DNA of 64,000 bases, taken from an uncultured Actinomycetota bacterium (lineage in GTDB: Bacteria > Actinomycetota > Actinomycetes > Streptosporangiales > Streptosporangiaceae). Made by a program: the position numbers and the translations under genes. The notes under the pieces are model-generated. The model was not told the DNA's origin. It was given only the letters and a program-made list of their open reading frames with translations, and made no database searches. Every line of letters begins with the position of its first letter. The stretch's first letter is position 1. Positions 41,865 through 52,065 of this stretch are shown in pieces. The stretch lies in contig CAWFHE010000004.1 of assembly GCA_963815575.1 (NCBI GenBank), positions 133,748-197,747 on the forward strand, in the 5' to 3' direction.

Positions 41865-42476
41865 GACGCGTCCGCCTCAGGCGTCGCTGCACTCGTCCGG
41901 GGCTGGTTATTCACGGGCCGGTCAACCACGGGCCGGTCAACCACGGGCCGGTCCGGCAACGCGAGCCGCAGGTCTGGCCGCCGCCGTACTCCGGTTGCCG
42001 GGGTAGCCCTCAGGAGCCCGGCTACCGTGCCCCAGCCGGGCAGCACGGCCTGCGGGTCCAACTCAAGCCACGGGACGAGGACGAACGCGCGCTCGTGCGC
42101 GCGCGGATGCGGAAGGGTCACCGCCGGATCAGCGCTGACCTGCTCGCCGTAGGCCACAATGTCCACGTCCAGTGTCCGCGGACCCCACCGCTCTGCCCTG
42201 ACGCGGCCCGCCGCGGCTTCAGCGGCCGCGCACCGGGCCAGGACGTCGCGGGCCGCAAGCGAACTGGCAGCAGTCAGCACCGCGTTGAGGTAATCCGACT
42301 GATCGACGCCACCCACCGGGTCAGTCTCGTAAACACTGGAGACCGCCTGGAGATCCAGACCATCCGAGCGGAGGACGTCCAGGCCGAGTTGAAGGTTGGC
42401 CAGCCTGTCACCCAGGTTGCTGCCCAGCGAGAATACGACAGCGCTCTTGCCGGTGGCGGCTTCAGGCGGCGTCACG
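41855..42476 (-). CDS. folK: 2-amino-4-hydroxy-6-hydroxymethyldihydropteridine diphosphokinase
   Basis: The GTG at 42476 overlaps the folB stop (GTGA). It has 'VVFSLGSNLGDR', 'YETDPVG', 'WGPRTLDVDIV' and 'LPHPRAHERAFVLVP'. The C-terminal tail carries (DRPVV) repeats. Confidence 0.88.
41912..41953. repeat. 15-bp tandem repeat (cacgggccggtcaac, about 2.8 copies) in the folK 3' tail
   Basis: Read directly. It encodes PDRPVVDRPVVDRPV. Confidence 0.85.
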
Positions 42477-42834
42477 CTAGCTCCCGGCGGACCGTCACAG
42501 CGATATCGGCGACTTCCTGCCCGACCGGCGCCTGCGGCTTGTGCACGGTGACTTCCGCCGCCTGCACCGGGCTCGCCGCCAGGCACTCCGCCGCCAGCCG
42601 GTCCGCAAGCGTTTCGATCAAGTCGACGGGTTCCCCTGCCACAACCGCAGCCAGCCGGTCTGCCAGAGTGCCGTAATCGGCGGTCAGGCTCAGGTCGTCG
42701 GTGGCCGCCGCAGGCGCGACGTCGAGCCACAACACGGCATCGACGATGAAGTCCTGGCCGGTTGCCCGCTCATGCGCCAGGACTCCGTGATAACCGCGAA
42801 CCCGGAGGCCAGTGATCGAGATCCGGTCCAGCAT
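42472..42834 (-). CDS. folB: dihydroneopterin aldolase
   Basis: I chose the ATG at 42834 (120 aa). 'MLDRISITGLRVRGYHGVLAHERATGQDFIVD' is canonical FolB. Confidence 0.9.
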   Translation of the reverse strand: MLDRISITGLRVRGYHGVLAHERATGQDFIVDAVLWLDVAPAAATDDLSLTADYGTLADRLAAVVAGEPVDLIETLADRLAAECLAASPVQAAEVTVHKPQAPVGQEVADIAVTVRRELA

Positions 42835-42866
42835 CAGTGCCCGCCTGCCCCTATCTCCCGTCGCCC

Positions 42867-43802
42867 CTAATCTCCCGCCAGAACAGTCTCCTGCCGCCAC
42901 CGCGTAGCCACCCGCACGGCGTCCACGTTGGCAGGCACAGCGTGCACCCGGACGCACCAGGCGCCCGCGCCGACCGCGAGCGCCGTCAGCGCGACCGTCG
43001 CGTCGTCACTGTGCATGAACGGCCGCGGGTGCCCGTCCGGGTCAGCCAGCAGCTTGCCGAGGAATCCCTTCCGCGACGCGGCGACCAGTACCGGGAACGG
43101 TTCGGCGTACCCGGGCTGCCGGGCAATGCGGCGGAGGCCCGCCAGCAGCTTCCAGTTGTGCTCGGGCAGCTTAGCGAAGCCAAGTCCGGGATCGAGTATG
43201 ACGTGGCCAGGGCTCACACCCGCGGCGGTGATGGCGGCGAGACGCTGTGCAAGCTCGTCCCGCACCTCAGTGACGACGTCGGTGTACACCGCAGGGCCGT
43301 ACATGTCCGAGCTATGGCCGCGCCAGTGCACGACGATGTAGGGAACCCCGGCTGCGGCCACGACGGCCGGCATATCCGGATCTGCCAGCCCGCCGCTAAC
43401 GTCGTTGACCATCCGCGCGCCGGCTGCCAGCGCCCGGCTCGCCACCTCGGCACGCATGGTGTCGATGCTTACGTAATTGCCTGCCTCGGCCAGTGCCGAC
43501 ACGACCGGCAGCACCCGGCTGAGCTCGTCTTGTACAGGCACCCGCTCTGCACCGGGCCGGGTCGATTCGCCGCCGACGTCGACAATGGCGGCACCCTGGC
43601 TGACAAGCTCAAGACCGTGTGCGATGGCTTTGTCCGGGTCCAGCCAGCTACCGCCATCGGAGAAAGAGTCTGGCGTAACGTTCACGACTCCCATGACGAG
43701 GCAGCGTTGCCCGGCCGACGATACCGGCAGGGCCGGGGGAGACAAGGCAGTCCCCGGATCTGCGGCCGGCCACTCGTCCGGGCCCTGCGCCTGCGCTGTC
43801 AT
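42867..43802 (-). CDS. folP: dihydropteroate synthase
   Basis: I chose the ATG at 43802. It has 'VMGVVNVTPDSFSDGG', 'IVDVGGESTRPG', 'VSIDT', 'NDVSGG' and 'ILDPGLGF.K'. Confidence 0.9.
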   Translation of the reverse strand: MTAQAQGPDEWPAADPGTALSPPALPVSSAGQRCLVMGVVNVTPDSFSDGGSWLDPDKAIAHGLELVSQGAAIVDVGGESTRPGAERVPVQDELSRVLPVVSALAEAGNYVSIDTMRAEVASRALAAGARMVNDVSGGLADPDMPAVVAAAGVPYIVVHWRGHSSDMYGPAVYTDVVTEVRDELAQRLAAITAAGVSPGHVILDPGLGFAKLPEHNWKLLAGLRRIARQPGYAEPFPVLVAASRKGFLGKLLADPDGHPRPFMHSDDATVALTALAVGAGAWCVRVHAVPANVDAVRVATRWRQETVLAGD

Positions 43803-43932
43803 AGCTGCCAATCTACGTGTAGATCCAGAAGCCCGGCCCGGCGGAATCCCGCATCGATCGATGACACACGGGGGCGGCCGACCGCACCAAATGTGCGGAA
43901 CCGGTGAGCTTGTGAGGTGCCGCCGACTTGTC

Positions 43933-45837
43933 TTAGCTCGCGGCTGAATTGCGCTGGAACGCGCCTTGCAGTCGCTGCCTGAGCCGCACGAGGCCGAGTT
44001 TCCTGGCGATCCTGCGGATCTCGATGGTTGGCCAGACGAGGAATGCCTCGGCCTCAAGAGCAGCGAAGCCGATCCGTGGCGTATCCCTGGTGCTCGGGAA
44101 CACCAGGAATCGCGGTACCCATTCAGGGCTGAACTTGGCGTTGAACTTATAAAGCGACTCGATCTGGAACCATCGCGACAAGAACAACAAGAATCCCCGC
44201 CAGGCCCGCGTCACTGGCCCGGCGCCGATCCGCTCGCCCCGTTCCAGCGCGGCCCGGAACATCGCGAAGTTCAGTGATATGCGTTTGACGCCGAGACCCG
44301 AAGCTGCCTTGATCGCCTCGACGATCAGGAAGTCGTTCACGCCAGGCGCCGAAGACCTGTCGCGGCGCATCAGGTCAAGTGACAAACCATCGCTGCCCCA
44401 CGGGACGAAGTGCAGGAGGGCGCGGAGCACACCGTCTTGCGTCGCGGTCGCGATGACACAGCAGCCATCCTCGCGAGCGCCGACGCGGCCAAGTGCCATC
44501 GAAAAGCCGCGCTCGGTCGGGCTGCCGCGCCAGCTGTCTGCCTGCCGGGTCATCCTGGCTATCTCGGCCGGCGGAATGTCCTCGACTCGGCGGATCTCGG
44601 CCACGTAACCCTGCCGGCAGACCCTGGTCACCATCTGACGGACGTTGCGCATGGTCCGGCCCTGCAACGAGAAGTCCGCGACGCTGACCATGGCTTCGTC
44701 GCCGAGCTCCAACGCTGTCAGGCTGCCTTCCCGGCACCAGATCTCAGCGCCGAGCTCGCTGCAGCCGATGACGGCCGGGACCCAGGCGTGCCTGGCCGCT
44801 TCATCAAGGAATGTGTGCATTGCTCCGGGCCAGGCCTCCGGATCGCCGATCGGGTCACCGCTAGCGAGCATGACTCCGGACAGGACGCGGTAACCGATGC
44901 AGGACTTGCCGGTCGGAGACCAGATGATGCTCTTGTCGTTGCGCAGCGCAAAGTACCCGAGCGAGTCCTGGTCGCCGTGGCGGTCGAGCAGCTCTCTGAT
45001 GCGGACCGCGTCAGCGGGCCGAAGCCGGCTCGGCGGCTCGGCGGGGCGGAGGAATAGGAACACCGCCACAAGTAGGGTGAACAGGCCGAGGCCGCCGGTC
45101 AGGAAACCAAAGTGGTCCTGCCTGAGTTCGCTGCTGAACTGCACCGGACCGGAGAATCCAACCATGTTCATCACGACGGAGTAGACGCGGTCGCGCATCG
45201 TGTAGCCAGCTGTGAGGCCGCCCTGCACCGTGATGAAAAGCAGCCCGATGATGACGTCCGCGATCACCAGGCCACAGAGCACCCACAGCGCACGCCATCT
45301 GGAGCGCCGGTCGCCGACGGCATAGAACTGGCGCCGGTAGCAGAACAGCGCCACCAGCAACGCAGCAGAAAATGCGGCTGGCAGCGGATGCAGCTGCGGC
45401 AACGGCACCTGCGGCCGGATGGAGTGGATGACGAACCCGATTCCGGCGTGGATGACCAGACCGACCGCGAGCAGCGCCATGACGGCGGCCCAGGCCCGGC
45501 GCTTACGGCGGCGCAGGCCGTGCGACAGCATCAGCAGCAACAGTCCGATGATGACGTCCGAGGTCCGGGTCAGGCTGACCAGAGTGCCAGGGGCGAGGTC
45601 AGACAGCCCGCGCAGGCGCCGGTCGTAAAAGCTAGGCAGCAGCCCTTCGATGATGTAGCCGACGCCGATGACCAGAGTTATCAGCCCGGCGACCAGCGGC
45701 ACCCAGCGAAGCTGCTGGCGCAGGTCGGTGCCGCGGACGACCGAAGGCTCCGCCCGTTCGTCGCCGGTTTCGGGCTCTGCCGGCCGTGGCCCGATGTGCT
45801 CTGTCATCTCGGACATGAAGGTCAGGCCCCGGCTCAC
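43933..45837 (-). CDS. MprF-like aminoacyl-phosphatidylglycerol synthase (multi-TM N-terminus plus DUF2156/LPG-synthase C-terminal domain)
   Basis: 634 aa and intact. It has about 6-7 TM segments followed by 'DSLGYFALRNDKSIIWSPTGKSCIGYRVLSGVMLASGDPIGD', and it ends 'LYKFNAKFSPEW.PRF', as in the lysyl-PG synthase domain. Confidence 0.75.
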   Translation of the reverse strand: MSRGLTFMSEMTEHIGPRPAEPETGDERAEPSVVRGTDLRQQLRWVPLVAGLITLVIGVGYIIEGLLPSFYDRRLRGLSDLAPGTLVSLTRTSDVIIGLLLLMLSHGLRRRKRRAWAAVMALLAVGLVIHAGIGFVIHSIRPQVPLPQLHPLPAAFSAALLVALFCYRRQFYAVGDRRSRWRALWVLCGLVIADVIIGLLFITVQGGLTAGYTMRDRVYSVVMNMVGFSGPVQFSSELRQDHFGFLTGGLGLFTLLVAVFLFLRPAEPPSRLRPADAVRIRELLDRHGDQDSLGYFALRNDKSIIWSPTGKSCIGYRVLSGVMLASGDPIGDPEAWPGAMHTFLDEAARHAWVPAVIGCSELGAEIWCREGSLTALELGDEAMVSVADFSLQGRTMRNVRQMVTRVCRQGYVAEIRRVEDIPPAEIARMTRQADSWRGSPTERGFSMALGRVGAREDGCCVIATATQDGVLRALLHFVPWGSDGLSLDLMRRDRSSAPGVNDFLIVEAIKAASGLGVKRISLNFAMFRAALERGERIGAGPVTRAWRGFLLFLSRWFQIESLYKFNAKFSPEWVPRFLVFPSTRDTPRIGFAALEAEAFLVWPTIEIRRIARKLGLVRLRQRLQGAFQRNSAAS

Positions 45838-45903
45838 GGGGCATCAGCGTAGTCTTCGCCATCTCCAGCCGGGGGCAAACCCCGGCATTGGCCTTAGATC
45901 CGG

Positions 45904-46485
45904 TCAGCGGCGGTCCGCTAGCAAGCTCATTGCCTCGGCCCGCGTACTTTCCGAGTTAAGGAAACTTCCGCGTACCGCGGATGTCACTGTCTTAGCGCCT
46001 GGCTTGCGCACTCCCCGCATGGACATGCACAAGTGCTCAGCCTCAATAATGACGATAACTCCGCGCGGCTCGAGAATCGTCATCAATGCGTCCGCGATCT
46101 GACTAGTCATCCGCTCTTGTACCTGCGGTCGCTTGGCGTAAAGATCCACGAGCCTCGCAAGCTTCGACAGACCGGTAATCTGGCCCTTCTCGTTGGGGAT
46201 GTACCCGACGTGAGCACGGCCGAAAAACGGCACCAGGTGGTGCTCGCACGTCGAGTACAACTCGATGTCGCGCACGAGGACCATCTCCTCGTGATCGGCA
46301 TCGAACACAGTCGTCAGTATCTGCTCTGGCTGCATGCGCAAGCCAGAAAACTGCTCACTGAGTGCGCGCGCGACCCGCGCCGGGGTATCCCTCAGGCCGT
46401 CGCGAGCAGGATCCTCACCAACCGCCAGGAGTATCTCAGTGACCGCGCGCTCGATCCGCTCAAGATCGAAGTCGCCGTCGCTCAA
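45904..46485 (-). CDS. folE: GTP cyclohydrolase I
   Basis: 193 aa. It has '[17 protein letters not shown]', 'GLSKLARLV' and '[12 protein letters not shown]'. Confidence 0.95.
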   Translation of the reverse strand: MSDGDFDLERIERAVTEILLAVGEDPARDGLRDTPARVARALSEQFSGLRMQPEQILTTVFDADHEEMVLVRDIELYSTCEHHLVPFFGRAHVGYIPNEKGQITGLSKLARLVDLYAKRPQVQERMTSQIADALMTILEPRGVIVIIEAEHLCMSMRGVRKPGAKTVTSAVRGSFLNSESTRAEAMSLLADRR

Positions 46486-46548
46486 TGGCCCTCGCCGTCT
46501 GGTGAACCATCCTCGCCAGGCCGGTCACTATCCGGACTGGGCTACCGC

Positions 46549-48694
46549 CTAGGGACTGCCGCCCAGCGGGCTTGCCGCCGCCCGAGCGGGCTTGCCGCCA
46601 CCGAGCGGACTGCCACCACCGAGCGGACTGGCACCACCGAGCGGACTGGCACCACCGAGCGGCGAGCCGAAGGTAGCGGCTGGCGGTGGCGGCGCGGCGG
46701 GCAACCCGGCGGCCGACGCCTGGCCGTTACCAAGCGACTGGGTCAAGTTCCCGTCTGACGCCGCAGTGAGCGCTAGCTCTTTCGGCGTCAGCACTGGCGG
46801 CTTCTCCGAAGGCAGTCGCTTGCCGTACCCGGTGTAGGAACCCCGCGTCGGACGCTTGTGCACCGGCGCGAAGATCTCCAGGACCTGATTGCGCGTCAGC
46901 GTCTCGTGCTCGAGCAGCTGGAGCACCAGGTTGTCCAGCACATCCCGGTACTGCACCAGGATCTCCCAGGCCTCGTCATGCGAGGACTCGATCAGCCGGC
47001 GGACCTCATCGTCGATCGCCGAGGCGATCTCCTCCGAGTAATCCCGCGCGTGCGACATCTCCCGGCCGAGGAACGGCTCGCCATCGCCGGTCCCGAACTT
47101 GCGTGCACCAAGGCGCTCGCTCATGCCGTATTCCACGATCATGGCGCGAGCGATCGACGATGCCTTCTCGATGTCGTTGGCAGCGCCAGTCGTAGGCTCG
47201 TGGAAGACGAGTTCCTCAGCGGTCCGGCCGCCGAGCAGCATAGCCAGCTGGTCCATCATCTCGGCACGGCTGACCAGGAACTTGTCCTCGGCCGGCGCTG
47301 CAGCCGTGTAACCGAGCGCGCGACCACGCGGAATGATGGTGATTTTGTGCACCGGATCGGCATTCGGCAGCGCGTGGCCGACCAGGGCGTGCCCACCCTC
47401 GTGGTAGGCGATGATCTTGCGCTCCTTCTCCGACAGCAGCACGCTCTTCCGCTTCGGGCCAGCCGTCACCCGGTCGATGGCCTCCTCGAGCGAGGCCATC
47501 TCGATCTGCGTCTGGTTGGCCCGTGCCGTTAGCAGTGCACCTTCGTTGATCACGTTGGCCAGGTCAGCGCCGGTGAAGCCGGGTGTGCGGCGGGCGATCA
47601 TATCGAGGTCCACGTCCGGCCCGAACGGCTTGCCGCGCGCGTGCACGCGCAGGATGCCCTTCCGGCCGGCCAGATCTGGTTGTGCCACCACGATCTGCCG
47701 GTCGAAGCGGCCAGGACGCAGCAGTGCCGGGTCCAGGATGTCTGGCCGGTTCGTGGCGGCAATCACGATGACGCCGCCCTTGGTGTCGAAGCCGTCCAGC
47801 TCGACGAGCAGCTGGTTCAGCGTCTGCTCACGCTCGTCGTGCCCGCCGCCGAAGCCGGCTCCGCGGTGCCGTGCCGACCGCATCGATCTCATCGACGAAC
47901 ACGATGGCCGGCGCGTTGGCCTTGGCCTGCTCGAACAAGTCACGCACCCGGGAGGCGCCAACGCCGACGAACATCTCGACGAAGTCCGAGCCGGAGATCG
48001 AGTAGAACGGCACGCCTGCTTCGCCGGCGACGGCTCGCGCGAGCAGCGTCTTACCGGTTCCGGGCGGTCCGTAGAGGAGCACGCCCTTCGGGATCTTGGC
48101 GCCGATGGCCTGGAACTTGCCGGGGCTCTGCAAGAACTCCTTGATCTCCTGGAGTTCCTCGATCGCCTCGTCAGCGCCGGCCACGTCGGAGAACGTGGTC
48201 TTGGGCGTGTCCTTGGTGATGAGCTTGGCCTTGGACTTGCCGAAGTTCATGACCCGTGAGCCGCCGCCCTGCATCTGGTTCAGGAACACCATGAACAGCA
48301 GGAAGATGATCAGAAACGGCAGGTAGCTGAAGATCAGCGTCCAGAACGAGCTGCTCTTGGGCACCTTGACGGTGTAAGCGCTGTGGTTCAGCTTGCCCGT
48401 TTCGACCTGCTTCTGCAGTGTGCTCGCGAGCTGAACGCCCTGGCTGCCGACCCACGAGGACTCCCAGTTCTGGCCCGCGTACGGGCCGTTCTTAACCGTG
48501 AGCTGGATGGTCTGGTCGACATCGGTCAGGGTGACCGACTTGACATTGCCGGTGTCGATCGCCTGCACTGCCTGCGAGGTGGGGACCAGCTTGTACTCAG
48601 GTCCGGTATTGACCAGCTTGTACAGGATCACAAGGATGATGGCGACAAAGAGGATGGCGAGCACCCAGCCGCGGAAAATGCGCTTCAGATCCAT
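46549..48694 (-). pseudogene. ftsH: ATP-dependent zinc metalloprotease FtsH, interrupted by one single-base insertion just after the Walker B motif
   Basis: The N-terminal fragment runs '...[22 protein letters not shown]...[11 protein letters not shown]|'. The C-terminal fragment runs '|[28 protein letters not shown]...HEGGHAL...'. The frames differ, with an extra base near 47872. The C-terminal tail carries (GGASPL)n repeats. Confidence 0.9.
46560..46665. repeat. 18-bp-period tandem repeat (about 6 copies, the outer ones degenerate) encoding the GGxSPL tail of FtsH
   Basis: The unit gcaccaccgagcggactg recurs head to tail, and its period is a multiple of three. Confidence 0.8.
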
Positions 48695-48955
48695 TGATGA
48701 ACGGCCCACAGGTCCGGCCGGTCCCTCCTGACGAGCCTCGTGCCTCGCCGTCCCGGCGAAGCTACCTTGTTATCCAGCGCGAACACGCGGCTGTTTCTTC
48801 CCGCGCTTGGCACAGGAATACTCGACGGTACACCGCGCCAGCCATAGCCGACACGCGGCAGGCCGCACAGGGGCAATGGCGGCCGTGTTACGCCTCTTAC
48901 CCAGGTTAACGAAATTCATCGCCAGGTCGGTTCCCGCCAGCGGGCGACGCTGCGA

Positions 48956-49519
48956 TCAGCCTGCCGACGGCCGGTATACGTGCTCGGCCAGCGTCCCGAT
49001 GAAGGGCAGGTTCCGGTACTTCTCGGCATAATCGAGGCCGTAACCCACGACGAATGCATCGTCGATGTCGAATCCGGTGTAAGCGACGTCGACGTTCATC
49101 CGCGCCGCCGCGGGCTTGCGGAGCAGCACGCAGACAGCCACCGAGGCCGGCTCGCGAGAGCGAAGGTTGCCGATCAGCCAGGACAGCGTGAGCCCCGAAT
49201 CGATGATGTCTTCCACGACCAGCACATGGCGGCCGCTGATGTCGGCGTCCAGGTCCTTGAGGATCCGCACCACGCCGGAGGACTTCGTGCCCGACCCGTA
49301 CGAGGAGATTGCCATCCAGTCCATCTGCGCCGGCAGGTGCATGGCGCGCGCCAGATCGGCCATCACCATGACCGCTCCTTTGAGCACGCCGACCAGCAGA
49401 AGTTCGCGATCAGCGTAATCGGCGTCGATCTGAGCGGCGAGCTCACCCACTCGCTGCTGCAGTTGCTCCTGGGTAATCAGTACCTCTTTGAGGTCCGGGC
49501 CCATGTCGTTCGCGTCCAC
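48956..49519 (-). CDS. hpt: hypoxanthine phosphoribosyltransferase
   Basis: I chose the GTG at 49519, with GGAGGA 5 nt upstream. It has '[16 protein letters not shown]', '[14 protein letters not shown]' and '[14 protein letters not shown]'. Confidence 0.9.
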   Translation of the reverse strand: MDANDMGPDLKEVLITQEQLQQRVGELAAQIDADYADRELLLVGVLKGAVMVMADLARAMHLPAQMDWMAISSYGSGTKSSGVVRILKDLDADISGRHVLVVEDIIDSGLTLSWLIGNLRSREPASVAVCVLLRKPAAARMNVDVAYTGFDIDDAFVVGYGLDYAEKYRNLPFIGTLAEHVYRPSAG

Positions 49520-50756
49520 CTGCGTCCTCCGATCGCGCCGCCAGACCCCCGACAGTGCCATCCCGGGGAACGACCCCCGGACCCCCGACAGTGCCATCCC
49601 GGGGAACGACCCCCGGACCCCCGACAGTGCCATCCCGGCGGACGACCCCCGGACCCCCGACAGTGCCATCCCGGCGGACGACCCCCGGACCCCCGACAGT
49701 GCCATCCCGGCGGACGACCCCCGGACCCCCGACAGTGCCATCCCGGGGAACGACCCCCGGACCCCGGGTGCTGGTGAAGAGCAGCTTCCCATATCGCCGC
49801 TGGCATCTGGCGCCGCCAGGCAGATCGATCCACCGCTGACCGTGCCATCCGGTGACCAGCTCGTCCAGGCTGGTCATGTGACGCTGGGACAGCGCGCCGG
49901 CCGGACATCCGGCAGCAAGCGCGGCGCTGCGGAGCACCCGCTGCCGGATTGCCAGCGGCAGCCCGGCGAGCCAGTCCGCCCGCCAGCCGCTGACCTGCGC
50001 GTCCCCCAGTCCGCCCAGCCGGTCCGCTTCTGCCGCCGCAAGGGCATCCAGTACTTCAGCGTCGGCCCGGAGCAGGGTGGCCGTTCTGGCCAGCGCCTCT
50101 GCAACGCCGGGCCCGAGCGCTTCTTCGAGGGCCGGCATCAGGCGTCTCACCCGTACCCGGGTGAATGCCGGATCGTTGTTCTGCGGGTCATCCCAGACCT
50201 GCAGACCCTGGGCGGCGCAGGCTGCCATGGTCTCCGAGCGCCGAAGGCCTAGCAGGGGCCGCCGGTAGCGGCCGCTGACGGATGCCATCCCGGCGAGCGA
50301 TCGCGGGCCGGAGCCGCGACCGAGGCCAAGCAGCACTGTCTCGGCCTGGTCGTCGAGGGTATGTCCGAGGAAAAGCCACGAATCGGTACGCTCAGCAGCC
50401 AGGTCGAGCGCGGCGTAGCGGGCGGATCGCGCGGCAGCCTCCGGGCCTGGGTAGCCCGGCTCCTCAGGCCTCGCCACCGTCACGGCAACCGAGATCACCG
50501 GACTGAGGCCGAGGCCGTCAAGGTCGGCGGTGACGCGCTTGGCCTGATCGGCCGAGCCCGGCTGCAAGCCGTGATCGACGGTGATCCCGCCCGCCAGCAG
50601 TCCTGCTTTCGGTGCCTCGAATGCGAGCGCGGCAGCTAGCGCCAGCGAATCCGCACCACCCGAACAGGCCGCGAGGACGGCAGTCCCTGGCTCGAGATCG
50701 GCAAGACTGGCCCGGACCGCACGCCGGACCTCAGCTACGGCCGGGTGCGGGCCCAC
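49443..50756 (-). CDS. tilS: tRNA(Ile)-lysidine synthase, with the 36-bp repeat array read through as a C-terminal tail (3' end uncertain)
   Basis: The GTG at 50756 is preceded by GAGGAG. It has the PP-loop '[12 protein letters not shown]' and the core ends about '...[10 protein letters not shown]'. There is no stop until 49443, so the ORF formally overlaps the hpt start by 77 nt. Confidence 0.8.
   Translation of the reverse strand: MGPHPAVAEVRRAVRASLADLEPGTAVLAACSGGADSLALAAALAFEAPKAGLLAGGITVDHGLQPGSADQAKRVTADLDGLGLSPVISVAVTVARPEEPGYPGPEAAARSARYAALDLAAERTDSWLFLGHTLDDQAETVLLGLGRGSGPRSLAGMASVSGRYRRPLLGLRRSETMAACAAQGLQVWDDPQNNDPAFTRVRVRRLMPALEEALGPGVAEALARTATLLRADAEVLDALAAAEADRLGGLGDAQVSGWRADWLAGLPLAIRQRVLRSAALAAGCPAGALSQRHMTSLDELVTGWHGQRWIDLPGGARCQRRYGKLLFTSTRGPGVVPRDGTVGGPGVVRRDGTVGGPGVVRRDGTVGGPGVVRRDGTVGGPGVVPRDGTVGGPGVVPRDGTVGGLAARSEDAGGRERHGPGPQRGTDYPGATAAASG
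49545..49766. repeat. 36-bp tandem repeat, six full copies plus a partial one; two sequence variants in the order A-A-B-B-B-A
   Basis: The unit is acccccgacagtgccatcccgg[gg/cg]g[aa/ga]cgacccccgg, starting at 49545, 49581, 49617, 49653, 49689 and 49725. It is open in all frames. Confidence 0.95.
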
Positions 50757-50764
50757 CGGGCTCC

Positions 50765-51966
50765 TCAGTCCCCAGTGCCTGAATCGACCGTGCCTGAATC
50801 GACCGTGCCTGAATCGACCGTGCTGAATCGCCGTGCCTGAATCGACCGTGCCTGATTCGATAGCGCCTGAGTCTGCCGGGGTCGCGGCTGGGTAGGCGCC
50901 GTCGACGCGAGCCAGCCAGGACTGCGGATTCTGCAGCTCATCCTTGGTCGGCAAGGTGTCCGGCGAGGTCCAGACCTTGTTGAAGGTCGCCATCCCGGCC
51001 TCATCGACCACTGCCTTGACGAACCGCGAGCCCTGTTCGTACTGCTTCATCTTGAGGTCGATCCCGAGCACGCGCCTGATGGCCTGCTCGATCCGCCCGG
51101 CCGACCCGCGGCGTGCGCTGAACTTTGCCCTGATCTCGGCCACTGACGGGACTACGGCGGGTCCCACGGCGTCCATTACGTAGTCTCCGTGGCCTTCGAC
51201 CACCGTCATCACCGACGTCATCCGGTCCAAGATGGCCCGCTGGCGCGGGCTCTGGATGGCCTCGATAAGGCTCTCTCCATCACCGCCCCGCACCGCCCCG
51301 GCGACTGCGTCAGCCGCCGCGCGGATCCGCTCCAGGATTGACGCCGGGTCAAGATCAGAGGCCAGCAGGAACTCCGACATCTGCTCCTGCACATACGGAC
51401 GGAGCCACGGCACCGAGGTGAACTGGGTGCGATGTGTCTCCTCGTGCAGGCACACCCACCGCCGGAAATCGTGCGGGTTGACGTCCAGCTCTCGCTCGAC
51501 CATCACGATGTTGGGAGCGACCAGCGTCAGCCGCCCGGCCGGCGCGTCGCTGCCCGGGGCGTCCGGGTCGGGCGGAAGGAACAGCTCATACTGGCCGAGG
51601 ACCCTGCTGGCCAGGTAGGCCAGGATCAGGCCCGGCCTGCATCCCGGTCACGCGTGAGCCCACCGCTGTGATCACGGAGCCGGCCTGCGGTGCGGCACCG
51701 CTCTCGGCCATCCGCTGAACGAGCGGGTCGAGCACGACGCGGAACCCGTCCACGTTCCCCCGGATCCAGCCCGGCCGGTCCACGACAGCCACCCTGCCGT
51801 CGTCCGCGGCGCCCGGCAGTCCGGTCAGCTCGCGAACCGGCTCGGAGACCGCGTCGGCGAGCTGCCTTAGCTCGGCCACGACCTTCCTGGCCTCGGCAAT
51901 ACTGACCTGCGGGCCCGGCCGGACCCAGCGGACCCCGGTGGAAGTAGCTACCTGCCAGTCGATCAT
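50765..51966 (-). pseudogene. zinc-dependent metalloprotease family protein (DUF2342, Rv3626c-like), frame-disrupted
   Basis: The N-terminus 'MIDWQVATSTG...' runs from the ATG at 51966. The frame changes near 51630 (extra C), and the middle part carries 'HEETHRTQF'. The 13-nt repeat unit shifts the frame again, so the natural TGA at 50765-50767 is missed and the ORF runs into tilS. Confidence 0.8.
50775..50877. repeat. 15-bp tandem repeat (gtgcctgaatcgacc, about 7 units), including one 13-nt unit at 50820-50832
   Basis: Read directly. It encodes (DSGTV)n in one frame and (GRFRH)n in another. Confidence 0.9.
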
Positions 51967-52065
51967 CTGAGTGCTGCTCACCCCTCCACGGTACGTGCCT
52001 CCGGGCGCATTCCGCCCGACCGGCCCGTTGGTCGACACCATTAGTCGCCACCGCCGCAAGCGCAG

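Noticed and set aside
49545-49766. Possible CRISPR array (36-nt repeat length is CRISPR-like)
   Set aside because: The units are head to tail with no spacers at all, and they lie in frame at the tilS/hpt junction. It is a tandem repeat, not a CRISPR array.
49443-51506. 687-aa ORF as a natural DUF2342-TilS fusion protein
   Set aside because: An internal GAGGAG SD plus GTG (50756) and an adjacent-frame TGA (50765-50767) mark a normal gene boundary. The fusion depends on a single 13-nt unit in a 15-bp repeat array.
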